A DNA stretch of 64,000 nucleotides from Chloroflexota bacterium. GTDB lineage: Bacteria; Chloroflexota; UBA11872; VXOZ01. The DNA is taken from the NCBI GenBank assembly GCA_965221905.1, contig OZ244922.1, positions 2,528,001-2,592,000 on the forward strand. Reading direction: 5' to 3'. Made by a program: the position numbers and the translations under genes. Shown here piece after piece: positions 10,194 to 20,140 of this stretch. Position 1 is the first letter of the stretch. Every line of letters starts with the position of its first letter. Below the pieces are notes generated by a model that had not been told where the DNA came from, did not search any database, and worked only from the letters and a program-made list of their open reading frames with translations.

Positions 10194-10372
10194 GTCTGTT
10201 GCTGTAGTATTATTGCAAACATCGGCGGGAAACACTCCAAGCACTCTCCACACCCATGGAAGTGCTGACGAGGATTTCCATCTCGTGCTCACCGGCAAAC
10301 ACCCCAAGACGCCGGTTGCCATTCCCACGCACCCTCGTTAACTTACAGGCTGTGTAGAATTTGGCTCGCGAG

Positions 10373-11563
10373 CTACCTGACTCTGCCCTCTACAAAGTTG
10401 CCTACGATATCGTCATATACTTCATCAGGCGGTTGAAAGAAATCAAAGAGCAAAAATAGAGGTTCGGCCAGTTCCCTTACTCTGTCAACTAACGTGGACC
10501 TAATTTCGGACAAGGGCACGCTGATAGCACTTTCAGCATCATCCTCTCTCGTAGAATACCTGCCTAGCAACCCCGAGTCTCTTGCAGGGTTGGCCGCACG
10601 CATCACTCTATCCTTCAAGCCTCCGTGGGAAATCCCAATATTCACCTCAACACTTCCTGTGACACCTAATTCCTCGTATAGCTGGGCACAGTAGAGAAGG
10701 GCCTCAGTGATTCTAATGATCCGCGTGTCGGCAAAAATGCTTCCAGGTTTTCTTGAATCCTCAAATAGGCTCTTGAGAAGATAGAAATCACCGTTCTTTC
10801 TCAGGTACCAATAGTCGTATGTTAGGTAGTTGTAATTGCCTTCATTATTGACAACTGCCCGAGTAGCGATGCCATCTTTTCTTGGTTGAGGCTTCCACTC
10901 ACTCTTCGTAAGCACAATTCCGATTGGCCAGCCAAAAGTAGGCACCTGAGATGAATTTGCAGCTTCAAGTAGCACCTTATGGGGGAAGTCTGGTTTTGGC
11001 CCAGACAGAGCAAAGCGAATTTCCATGAATCCTGATAGGCCAGTTGACTCCAAACCATCTTTTGCCTGTCTGCGTTGCTGCGAGAGCCAGTCTATGTCCC
11101 AGGGAAATGGAGGAGTCGGAACAGACGAGGGTGAAGTCGCTTGGCGTTGGCGAATTTTTGCTTCGAGCTGAGAGCGATAGCCGGATAAGTCTCCGGGATC
11201 CCAGAAGAGGATGTCATAGCCCGATAAGTCGAAGTGTATCTTTGGCCCGCCCTGCTGATAGTTTGGACTATCAGGGTTATGGTCCTCACGAGCCGTAAGT
11301 ACCAGGGCATGATATTTGTCCACGCCCATTGCATAGCCAATTTCAAGATAGCAATTGGGCCGTTCATTGGTCAGGTCTGCGACGATGATCTCTGCGTTCT
11401 CAATGAACGAAACAATCTCGCTCTTGAGCAAACCTCCCTGATTGTGCCTGTCTACGCGCTTTGGATCCAAACCCCGAGCCTTCAATGCAGGCACAATAAC
11501 CTGCTCGCAAACTCTATCCAATTCAGGATTCCCAATCTGCATGATGATAAAGGCTTGGCTTAC
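10373..11563 (-). CDS. Hypothetical protein with N-terminal nucleoside 2-deoxyribosyltransferase-like (NDT/TIR-like Rossmannoid) domain and uncharacterised C-terminal domain
   Basis: AFIIMQ...RVD...IENAEIIVADLTNERPNCYLEIGYAMG...HFDL matches the NDT-like pattern. The ORF track starts at ATG 11542, but in-frame residues and the RBS extend to 11563. Confidence 0.75.
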   Translation of the reverse strand, partial: VSQAFIIMQIGNPELDRVCEQVIVPALKARGLDPKRVDRHNQGGLLKSEIVSFIENAEIIVADLTNERPNCYLEIGYAMGVDKYHALVLTAREDHNPDSPNYQQGGPKIHFDLSGYDILFWDPGDLSGYRSQLEAKIRQRQATSPSSVPTPPFPWDIDWLSQQRRQAKDGLESTGLSGFMEIRFALSGPKPDFPHKVLLEAANSSQVPTFGWPIGIVLTKSEWKPQPRKDGIATRAVVNNEGNYNYLTYDYWYLRKNGDFYLLKSLFEDSRKPGSIFADTRIIRITEALLYCAQLYEELGVTGSVEVNIGISHGGLKDRVMRAANPARDSGLLGRYSTREDDAESAISVPLSEIRSTLVDRVRELAEPLFLLFDFFQPPDEVYDDIVGNFVEGRVR

Positions 11564-11593
11564 GGTAACCCTCCACTAGTGTTTCAGTTGGAA

Positions 11594-11893
11594 CTAGGGA
11601 AACACCTGCGACAGCGTAAAGAGCACGCCAACAGCAGCAGTGACTATCAAACCTAATTTGATGGTCATTCCTTGCTCAAGAATCTTGAGTTCTTTCTTTA
11701 GATCATCCTTGGTGACGAACTGCTGAAGGTCATCCCTTGTCGCAAGTCGTTGTAAGTCATTCTTTGTTGCGAATTTCTGCGCATTGTCACTGACAACACC
11801 CTCGACAAGCAACGCCAGCCTGGCAGCTTGCTTAGGGTTGAAGTCTCCATCTGCAAGGAACTCTCGCAGTGCATCGGATTCATGAACGGCCAA
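11594..11893 (-). CDS. DUF1640/CCDC90-like coiled-coil protein with C-terminal TM helix
   Basis: Repeats ATKNDL/ATRDDL/VTKDDL, then LEQGMTIKLGLIVTAAVGVL. TTG start follows a GGGGAG RBS. Confidence 0.7.
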   Translation of the reverse strand: MAVHESDALREFLADGDFNPKQAARLALLVEGVVSDNAQKFATKNDLQRLATRDDLQQFVTKDDLKKELKILEQGMTIKLGLIVTAAVGVLFTLSQVFP

Positions 11894-12007
11894 TGGTGTC
11901 TCCCCAAATCTCTTTGCGTGCCTCAATTGTCGCCAAGACACCAGCAGTTGCTTCAATCACAGTATAACAATTCAGGGTGGGAGCTTCCATCAATTTAGCT
12001 GATACTC

Positions 12008-12478
12008 TCAAACTGATGCGTTGTCCTCAGTGCATTTCGCCACATCACGTTCGTAGATCGTGCCGAGCACGCCGTTTATGAAGCGAGGCGAATTATCGGA
12101 GGCGTAGATCTTGGCCAGTTCCACCGCTTCGTTAATGACGACTTTCGGTGGAATCTCGGGGAGGAAGAGCAATTCGTAGAGGGCGAGACGCATGATGGCC
12201 TTATCGACACTTGCCATCTGGCCCATAGGCCACATTGACGCGGCATGCCGAATCTTTTCGTCGATCAAGGCCAGGTGGGTGCAAACACCGTTCACGATCT
12301 CATGCAAGAGATCGTGGGCATCAGCCTTGATCTCGGCCATACGGGCGACTTGGTCCAGCACGACTTCCAGTGAACCATCGGACATGTCAAGCGCAAAGAG
12401 CGCCTGCACAGCAGCGACGCGCGCGTAGCGGCGAGGGTGAATGCGTTTTGCAGACGCCTTGGCAACACTGGGCGTCAT
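12008..12478 (-). CDS. nusB: Transcription antitermination factor NusB
   Basis: RRYARVAAVQALF, VDKAIMRLALYEL, VVINEAVELAK and FINGVL motifs. Confidence 0.95.
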   Translation of the reverse strand: MTPSVAKASAKRIHPRRYARVAAVQALFALDMSDGSLEVVLDQVARMAEIKADAHDLLHEIVNGVCTHLALIDEKIRHAASMWPMGQMASVDKAIMRLALYELLFLPEIPPKVVINEAVELAKIYASDNSPRFINGVLGTIYERDVAKCTEDNASV

Positions 12479-12600
12479 TCGTCATACCTCATTCTTGCAC
12501 CGCTCAGCCATCACCCACCAGAGCGTGAGGTCGAAGCGGCCGCACCTCAGTCGCTTGCTCTTAAAGTGCCGGCCGACTTAAGAAGTCCTCTACGCAACGA

Positions 12601-13935
12601 TCAGACGATATTGAGCAAGTTCGCGTCAAAGCTGCCTTCCCGGAAGCTCTGCGTCCGAAGGATTTTCCGGTGAAAGTCGAGGTTCGTCTCTACCCCGTCG
12701 ATCACACACTCATCCAGAGCCCGCAGCATGCGCTCAATGGCCCCAGAGCGGCCCGGAGCCCAAGCGATGACTTTGGCAATCAGGGAGTCATAGTGGGGTG
12801 GGATTTCGTATCCGCTATAGAGGTGGGAATCCACGCGAATGCCCGGGCCGCCCGGCGCGAGGAAATTCGTTACCTCGCCGCTCTCCGGTCTAAAGTCATG
12901 CTCAGGGTCTTCAGCGGTTATGCGGCATTCAATCGCGTGGCCGCGGAATGCCACATCACTCTGATTGAAAGCAAGCGACTCGCCCGCTGCAATCCGAATC
13001 TGCTCTTGCACTATATCAATGCCTGTCGTGTCCTCCGAAACAGTGTGCTCCACCTGCAGTCGGCAGTTAATCTCCATGAAGTAATAGTTCAGCGCAGAAT
13101 CCACCAAGAATTCTACGGTGCCTGCGGACGTATACCCAATTGCATTGACGCCTTGCAGGGCAGCCGCGCCGATAGACTCCCGGGCCGCGGGATCAAGCAC
13201 CGGCGACGGTGATTCCTCGATGAGTTTTTGGTAGCGGCGCTGTATAGTGCAATCGCGTTCGCCGAGTTGAATCGCATTGCCTTCGCGGTCACGGAGGATT
13301 TGAACCTCGATATGACGCGCCGGCGAGATGTACTTTTCCACGTACAGCCGCGGATTGCCAAAGGACGCCTGCGCTTCCGCCTGGGCCACCGAAAATGCGA
13401 CCACCATCTCTTCCTCATCGCCTACAAATCGAATGCCGCGTCCTCCCCCACCGCCCGCGGCTTTCAAGACCACTGGGTATTCGATCGAATCAGCCACTTC
13501 CAAGGCATCCGCCACATTCCTAACCGGGGAATCCTTTCCCGGTATTACAGGCAAACCCGCCTTGCGCATCTCAGCTTTTGCGTTGGTCTTGTCTCCCATG
13601 GCATGAATCACGTCCGAGCTGGGACCGACAAAGGTGATGCCGTACTTTTCACAAATTTCGGCAAAGTAGGTATCTTCGGACAGGAATCCAATCCCGGGGT
13701 GAATCGCCTCCGCACCTGTAATGTAGGCCGCGCTGATGATATTCGGCACGTTAAGATAGGACTTGCTCGCGGGAGCGGGACCGATGCAGACTGCTTCATC
13801 GGCCATGTGCACGGGCAATGAATCTCGGTCCGCCTCGGAATAAGCGACAACCGTAGCAATTCCCAATTCGCGACAGGCCCGAATGATTCGCAGCGCTGTA
13901 TCGCCGCGATTGGCAATCAGGATTTTTTGAAACAC
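12601..13935 (-). CDS. accC: Acetyl-CoA carboxylase biotin carboxylase subunit
   Basis: KILIANRG, GGGGRG, ERDCTIQRR, FMEINCRLQVEH and YDSLIAK motifs. Confidence 0.95.
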   Translation of the reverse strand: MFQKILIANRGDTALRIIRACRELGIATVVAYSEADRDSLPVHMADEAVCIGPAPASKSYLNVPNIISAAYITGAEAIHPGIGFLSEDTYFAEICEKYGITFVGPSSDVIHAMGDKTNAKAEMRKAGLPVIPGKDSPVRNVADALEVADSIEYPVVLKAAGGGGGRGIRFVGDEEEMVVAFSVAQAEAQASFGNPRLYVEKYISPARHIEVQILRDREGNAIQLGERDCTIQRRYQKLIEESPSPVLDPAARESIGAAALQGVNAIGYTSAGTVEFLVDSALNYYFMEINCRLQVEHTVSEDTTGIDIVQEQIRIAAGESLAFNQSDVAFRGHAIECRITAEDPEHDFRPESGEVTNFLAPGGPGIRVDSHLYSGYEIPPHYDSLIAKVIAWAPGRSGAIERMLRALDECVIDGVETNLDFHRKILRTQSFREGSFDANLLNIV

Positions 13936-14079
13936 CGCATTCTACCTAGATCTGACAAGGCGTTCGTCACGCAGCGAGTCCTGCGCGCCGGCTGACTACC
14001 GGGAGAAGGAGAACAGTTGGAATATATCGCAAATACTCTATTGAAACTGCCAGGGCAGCTTCCGCGTATGATGCTCCCA

Positions 14080-14820
14080 CTAGTACATCATAATGCCGCC
14101 GTCGACAATAAGGATCTGACCGGTAATGTACGATGCATCCTCGGATGCCAGGAACGCCACCGCAGCGGCAAGCTCTTTGGGTTCGCCGTAGCGTCCAAGG
14201 GGAATGATCTTGAGAATAGTCTCGACCATATCCGGTGGAATAGAGTCCGCCATTGGACCGCCGAAGTATCCCGGTGCAACGCAATTAGCGGTCACGTTTC
14301 GCGTTGCCACCTCGCGTGCGAGCGAGCGGGTAAAGCCCCACAGCCCTGCTTTGGAGGCGGAGTAGTTCGCCTGACCCGGGGCACCCAAGAACCCGGCGAT
14401 AGAAGAGACATTGATGATGCGCCCATAGCGGGCGCGCAACATGCTGCGCACAACTGCCTTGCTGCAGAGGAACGCCGACTTTAGGTTTGTATCCATCACG
14501 GCATCCCAGTCTGCCTCAGACATACGCACGAATAGCGTGTCTCGCGTGATGCCGGCGTTGTTGACGAGGATGTCGATCTTCTCGTGCTCTTTGTGGATAG
14601 ATTGCACCATTTCTTCGATTTCGGCGGGATTGGTCACGTCGGCCCGGATTGCGCTGGCGCTGCCACCTTGTGCACTAATGTCCGCAACCACGCGCTCGGC
14701 CGCCTCGGCACCGCTGTGATAGTGCACAACGACGTGGGCTCCCTGGCTACCCAGTCGGGCGCAAATGGCCGCACCCAAGTATCCCGACCCGCCGGTAACG
14801 AGCGCAACCTGCCCTTTCAT
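14080..14820 (-). CDS. fabG: 3-oxoacyl-ACP reductase
   Basis: TGGSGYLG, NNAGITRD and NYSASKAG motifs, next to fabD. Confidence 0.93.
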   Translation of the reverse strand: MKGQVALVTGGSGYLGAAICARLGSQGAHVVVHYHSGAEAAERVVADISAQGGSASAIRADVTNPAEIEEMVQSIHKEHEKIDILVNNAGITRDTLFVRMSEADWDAVMDTNLKSAFLCSKAVVRSMLRARYGRIINVSSIAGFLGAPGQANYSASKAGLWGFTRSLAREVATRNVTANCVAPGYFGGPMADSIPPDMVETILKIIPLGRYGEPKELAAAVAFLASEDASYITGQILIVDGGIMMY

Positions 14821-14977
14821 AGTTCATCCTTCACGAAGGTACACTGCCGTTCGCCAGCTCATCTTGAGACGACCGCCTCACACAAGCTCTAGCATACAAC
14901 GCTAATTGTTTATAGAACATGAGAGCCATCCACCGGCGAAAGATGATCTCAGAGACGGCGGCATAGCTCCCACGAGC

Positions 14978-15958
14978 CTAAGCGACTAGGCCGGCTTTGG
15001 TTACTCGCCGTACCGCTTGCTGGGAGTCGACCGCGACCGCCGTTGTACCGGTTGCAACACTCCCGATCATGCGCGTGAGAACTGCGCCCGGACCAAACTC
15101 AAGAACGGGACCAAGATTTCTGCGCAGAAGAATGTCGATTGTCGCTGCCCAACGTACGGGAGACGTAAGTTGCACAGTTAACTCGTGGCGCAATTCGTCC
15201 ACAGTCGTTACGATATTGGCCGTTGCGTTCGCCACAATTGGTATTTTCGGCGGCATGATTGGGGCCGCCGCCACCACAGCTTTCCACTCTTCCTGCACGG
15301 AGGCCATCGCACCGGTATGAAATGCGCCGCTCACCTTTAAAGGGATCACGCGCCGGGCCCCGTGCTCCTTGAGCAGCGCGACGGCTCTGTCCAACGCAGA
15401 ATTGTCACCTGCGATGACTACCTGCTGGGGCGTATTGAAAGTAGCGATACTTACGACGCTGGCCGAATCCGTGCTTCGCGCCCGCGCGCAAAGCTGCATG
15501 ACCACTTGCGGCGAGACGCCAATGACCGCCGCCATTCCCCCGTGGCAATCCGCCACGGCCCGCTGCATGAGCTCACCGCGCGCCTGCACCAAGCGCAACC
15601 CATCCTCCAAGGTAAGCGCCTCCGCAGCGTACAGTGCCGTAAGCTCGCCAATACTATGACCGGCAACGAGCGCCGGTTGTAGCGCATCCGGCAGGCCCGA
15701 TACGGTCTCCGCACCGCACGCCTCCAGATAGGCTGCCAGGCACGCGGCGCTGGCCGTGAATATGGCGGGTTGTGCGTTGAATGTTTCGGTGAGCGTGTCG
15801 GCTGGGCCTTCAAAGCTGAGGGCAGTCAATTCCATGCCGAGAATTGCGTCTGCAGTGGAATATACACGCTTCGCAGCGGCAGAGTGCTCTGCTACGTCCG
15901 CGCCCATTCCCACTCGCTGGACGCCCTGACCCGGAAAGATGAACGCTCTATTTCCCAT
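14978..15958 (-). CDS. fabD: Malonyl-CoA:ACP transacylase
   Basis: FPGQG, GHSIGE, VSGAFH and SPVRW motifs. Confidence 0.95.
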   Translation of the reverse strand: MGNRAFIFPGQGVQRVGMGADVAEHSAAAKRVYSTADAILGMELTALSFEGPADTLTETFNAQPAIFTASAACLAAYLEACGAETVSGLPDALQPALVAGHSIGELTALYAAEALTLEDGLRLVQARGELMQRAVADCHGGMAAVIGVSPQVVMQLCARARSTDSASVVSIATFNTPQQVVIAGDNSALDRAVALLKEHGARRVIPLKVSGAFHTGAMASVQEEWKAVVAAAPIMPPKIPIVANATANIVTTVDELRHELTVQLTSPVRWAATIDILLRRNLGPVLEFGPGAVLTRMIGSVATGTTAVAVDSQQAVRRVTKAGLVA

Positions 15959-16366
15959 TACACCGCTACCTAATCCAACCAGGTGGCACAGCAAGGCACG
16001 CCAACCTTGAATAGCGCCCACTCAGTCGAGTGTGATTACGTGATTCTTGTGTGTAGTACCGCAATTGCCCCGTCGGACTCATGCCACAGATCGACACGGC
16101 TTCGTCTCTCTGAGCGAACGCAAGATGAATCTGTCCGTGTTCTTTCTACAATACCAATTGCAGAACAGTGCAGCTACTCACTGCCGGCCTAATCCGGTTA
16201 GGACGCGTCCACTCGAATTGCCGGCTATGCCAAAGGGAGAACAAGCTGAAGTTAGAGGGAGCAAGCAAATGGGTAGGAGTATCCCCGCACTAAGTGATTG
16301 CACTTGCTTGCGCAAGGTGGAGGCCTGCGCATGTATCGCAAGAGCCGGCAATCTTGGCAGACTTCC

Positions 16367-16558
16367 CTACGAGCTAGGGGTCTCGACTTCCAGCACTTCT
16401 TGGCCGCGATAGTAACCGCAAAACGAGCATACAGTATGCGACGGCACCGGCTGACGGCAGCGCGGACATGCTACCAAGTGCACGCTTAGATTATGCAAGT
16501 GCGCGCGTCGTTTGCCTTGTCGAGAACGAGAAATCTTCTTCTTCGGTTGTGCGCCCAT
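16367..16558 (-). CDS. rpmF: 50S ribosomal protein L32
   Basis: QPKKKISRSRQGKRRAH, CPRC...HTVCSFCGYY. Confidence 0.95.
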   Translation of the reverse strand: MGAQPKKKISRSRQGKRRAHLHNLSVHLVACPRCRQPVPSHTVCSFCGYYRGQEVLEVETPSS

Positions 16559-16588
16559 CGTCACCTCATATCTCTTATGTCTATGTAA

Positions 16589-17143
16589 CTATGCCGATCG
16601 GTTCTGCCCCATCTGCTGCAGCATTTCTTGAATTGGCGCCATCCGAATATCCACTACGCTCTCATCACAATTGCATAGAAGGCTATTACGGTCGGCACCG
16701 CACTCGGGACATATACCCAAGCACTCCGATTGGCACCGCGGCATGAGTGGTTGGCTAATTTCAATATGCTGCCGAACGGCTTCGCCGAGATCGAACCGAT
16801 CGACGTTTTCAATGAGAAACTCTGAGTCGATGTCGTCGTATTCTAAACGAATTGCCTTCCCGGTAGCTAGATCGAAGAGTGGATAGTAAATCTCATCAAA
16901 GTTTACGTGCACTTCCTGACCATACGTTTCTAAGCACCGACAACACGTTAGTTCAATTGTTGTATATAAATCGCTTCTAACAACAATGCCTTTTCCGGCA
17001 CGGCATAACTCAATAACGCCCTTAACCGGACCAACGAGGGAAATCTCTTCCCAACCTGAATAGGAACCATCGATTTCAAGCCGACGGGACGTACCTGAAG
17101 CTTCTTGCAGCAACCCCGCCACGTTTATGGTAAGGCGATCCAT
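16589..17143 (-). CDS. yceD: DUF177/YceD family protein
   Basis: CCRCL...CQSECLGICPECG...C, directly upstream of rpmF. Confidence 0.9.
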   Translation of the reverse strand: MDRLTINVAGLLQEASGTSRRLEIDGSYSGWEEISLVGPVKGVIELCRAGKGIVVRSDLYTTIELTCCRCLETYGQEVHVNFDEIYYPLFDLATGKAIRLEYDDIDSEFLIENVDRFDLGEAVRQHIEISQPLMPRCQSECLGICPECGADRNSLLCNCDESVVDIRMAPIQEMLQQMGQNRSA

Positions 17144-17151
17144 ATCTAATT

Positions 17152-17658
17152 TTACTCTACTCGTTCCTGTGAAGCACGTTCGCCTCGCGACCGGGCCGAA
17201 GGAACGTCTTCCGGTTCAGTGTCTGCCATTGCTTCCAGGAAGATTTGCACACGCTCATGCAGTTGCTCCAGCCGCGTACGTAAGTCGGTGAGTGAACGGA
17301 CCGCATATGCATCAGATTCCCGTTGAATCTCGCCTGCTTGCTCTTCGGCTTCATCTAGAACGCGGCGTGCATTGTCTTCTGCTGCCCGTACCAACCCATG
17401 TTCGGAGAGAATTTCCTCTGCTTGTTCGTGTGCGATTGCCACAATGCGTTCCGCCTCTAAGCGTGCCTGCTCGGGGATACGGCTGCGCTCCTGCAGCATG
17501 CGCCGCGCCTGTCGCACTTCATCGGGAACCGACATGCGCATTTGAGCGATGACATCGAGGCACTCCTGTTCGTCCAGCATGATCTTATTGACAAAGGGGA
17601 CCCGCTGGCCTGTATTGACGAGCGCTTCTAGTCTTTCAATAAGAGCAAATATGTCCAT
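17152..17658 (-). CDS. Conserved coiled-coil protein (ATP synthase subunit B-like/DivIVA-like) found between coaD and yceD
   Basis: LIERLEALV...RVPF...PDEVRQAR helical pattern and conserved gene position. Confidence 0.75.
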   Translation of the reverse strand: MDIFALIERLEALVNTGQRVPFVNKIMLDEQECLDVIAQMRMSVPDEVRQARRMLQERSRIPEQARLEAERIVAIAHEQAEEILSEHGLVRAAEDNARRVLDEAEEQAGEIQRESDAYAVRSLTDLRTRLEQLHERVQIFLEAMADTEPEDVPSARSRGERASQERVE

Positions 17659-17742
17659 CCCAGCTTCCCCCTTTTCTCATCCACCCATCTCATGCAATTA
17701 CCGCAGACTGTGCCACTCTAGCTGAAGGCACGTGGCGGGTAT

Positions 17743-18222
17743 TCATGCAGTTTGTACTTCACGCAGACGGGCCGCAACTACCTCAGGCACGAATGAGTCA
17801 ACATTGCCACCGAGCTTCGCTACCTCTTTGACGAGACTCGCACTCAAGAACGAGTATTTAACCGACGTCATGAGGCAAACGACTTCTAAGTCAGGCCGCA
17901 GTTGCTGATACATTGCAGCAAGCTGAAACTCGTACTCAAAGTCCGTTACCGCCCGCAAGCCGCGCACCAACACTTGCGCTCCCAGTTCTTGCGCACATTC
18001 CACTGTTAAGTTAGCAAAGCTCCTGACCTCAACGTTCGGCCACTGCTTCACGGCAGTCGTCAACATTCGCACGCGGTCTTCCATTGAGAAGAGCACGTCT
18101 TTCTTAGGATTGGCATAGACTCCTACGAAAAGAATATCGAAGAGTCGAGACGCTCTTGCAATAATGTCCATATGTCCGTTTGTAACTGGATCAAAGCTTC
18201 CAGGATAGAGCGCCGTACGCAC
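17743..18222 (-). CDS. coaD: Phosphopantetheine adenylyltransferase
   Basis: YPGSFDPVTNGH, RGLRAVTDFEYE and SASLVKE motifs. GTG start at 18222. Confidence 0.96.
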   Translation of the reverse strand: MRTALYPGSFDPVTNGHMDIIARASRLFDILFVGVYANPKKDVLFSMEDRVRMLTTAVKQWPNVEVRSFANLTVECAQELGAQVLVRGLRAVTDFEYEFQLAAMYQQLRPDLEVVCLMTSVKYSFLSASLVKEVAKLGGNVDSFVPEVVAARLREVQTA

Positions 18223-18491
18223 GGTTCCTTCTTGCCCTTCGCGTACTACATGACGAACAACATTATATAGCAATCACGTTTTAACGTCATCGCTATATAC
18301 TTATGTGCGGGCACCTCATACCAGCGCCACGGTGAACTGCCGAGCACACTTTCCCTGCGGTATTCTACCAACGACTGACGCGCAGTACAACTTTTCCACA
18401 GTCTCGGACTATTTCATATTCTCAAACTCATTCCCTGGCTCGTCTTCGATTGCACGGCCTACTACTATCTGTTATTCTATTCCTAGATTTG

Positions 18492-19192
<701 letters not shown>

Positions 19193-20140
19193 ATGCCTCT
19201 GAAACGCAAAGACCTTCTCGATCTCGATGACTTTTCATCAGAAGAAATCATGCTTCTGCTGGAAACCACGTCCGCCATGACGGAAGTCCTCTCCCGTCCG
19301 ATACGGCGCGTTCCCGCCCTGCGCGGCAAGACGATTGTCAACATGTTCTATGAGGCCAGCACGCGCACCCGCTCGTCTTTTGAATTGGCGGCGAAGAATC
19401 TCTCCGCAGACTTGGTAAACGTGTCCGCGAGCCAGAGCAGTGTCGATAAAGGCGAATCGCTTGTTGACACCATGCGCACACTGCAGGCGTTGGGCGCTGA
19501 CATGATAGTCATGCGGCACTGGGAAGCCGGCGCGCCCTATCTCGCCGCATCCTGGTTAAGTGCTTCAGTAATCAATGCCGGCGATGGCTGGCACGCGCAC
19601 CCCAGCCAAGCTCTGCTCGATCTGTATACGGTGCAGGAACGGATCGGTTCGATCGCCGGGCTGAAACTCGTGATCGTGGGGGACATACTGCATAGTCGCG
19701 TAGCACGCTCAAACCTTTGGGGCTTTGGAAAGCTGGGCGCCCACGTGGTGCTCTGCGGACCTCCAACCCTCTTGTCACCGGACATCTTGGGCATTACCGG
19801 CAACATGCCATGGGTCTCTGTCTCCTATGACCTCGATGAAGCGATTGTGGACGCTGACGTTGTGATGATGCTGCGCTTGCAGCGCGAACGCATGGCAAAC
19901 GGGCTGCTACCCTCCCTGCGGGAATACAGTGCCCGTTATGGATTGACACGCCAGCGCATGCGGCGTGCCCGCCCAAACGCCCTCATAATGCATCCCGGTC
20001 CCATGAACCAGGGAGTAGAAATCTCGCCTGATCTCGCCTATGGTGAGCAGGCGGTCATCGAGGAGCAGGTTACCAACGGTGTCGCGGTACGGATGGCAAT
20101 CTTCTATTTGCTCGCAGGCACAGCGGAGCGGCTGACATGA
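19193..20140 (+). CDS. pyrB: Aspartate carbamoyltransferase catalytic subunit
   Basis: FYEASTRT, HPSQALLD, HSRVARS and HPGP motifs. Confidence 0.96.
   Translation: MPLKRKDLLDLDDFSSEEIMLLLETTSAMTEVLSRPIRRVPALRGKTIVNMFYEASTRTRSSFELAAKNLSADLVNVSASQSSVDKGESLVDTMRTLQALGADMIVMRHWEAGAPYLAASWLSASVINAGDGWHAHPSQALLDLYTVQERIGSIAGLKLVIVGDILHSRVARSNLWGFGKLGAHVVLCGPPTLLSPDILGITGNMPWVSVSYDLDEAIVDADVVMMLRLQRERMANGLLPSLREYSARYGLTRQRMRRARPNALIMHPGPMNQGVEISPDLAYGEQAVIEEQVTNGVAVRMAIFYLLAGTAERLT

Noticed and set aside
10147-10341. 64-aa ORF with a HicA-like HP...PxH ending
   Set aside because: No RBS, no other HicA features and no antitoxin partner; the region is better explained by RNA hairpins.
10123-12007. 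Prophage or integrative element at the rpmB-nusB insert
   Set aside because: No integrase, transposase, tRNA target or flanking direct repeats were found.
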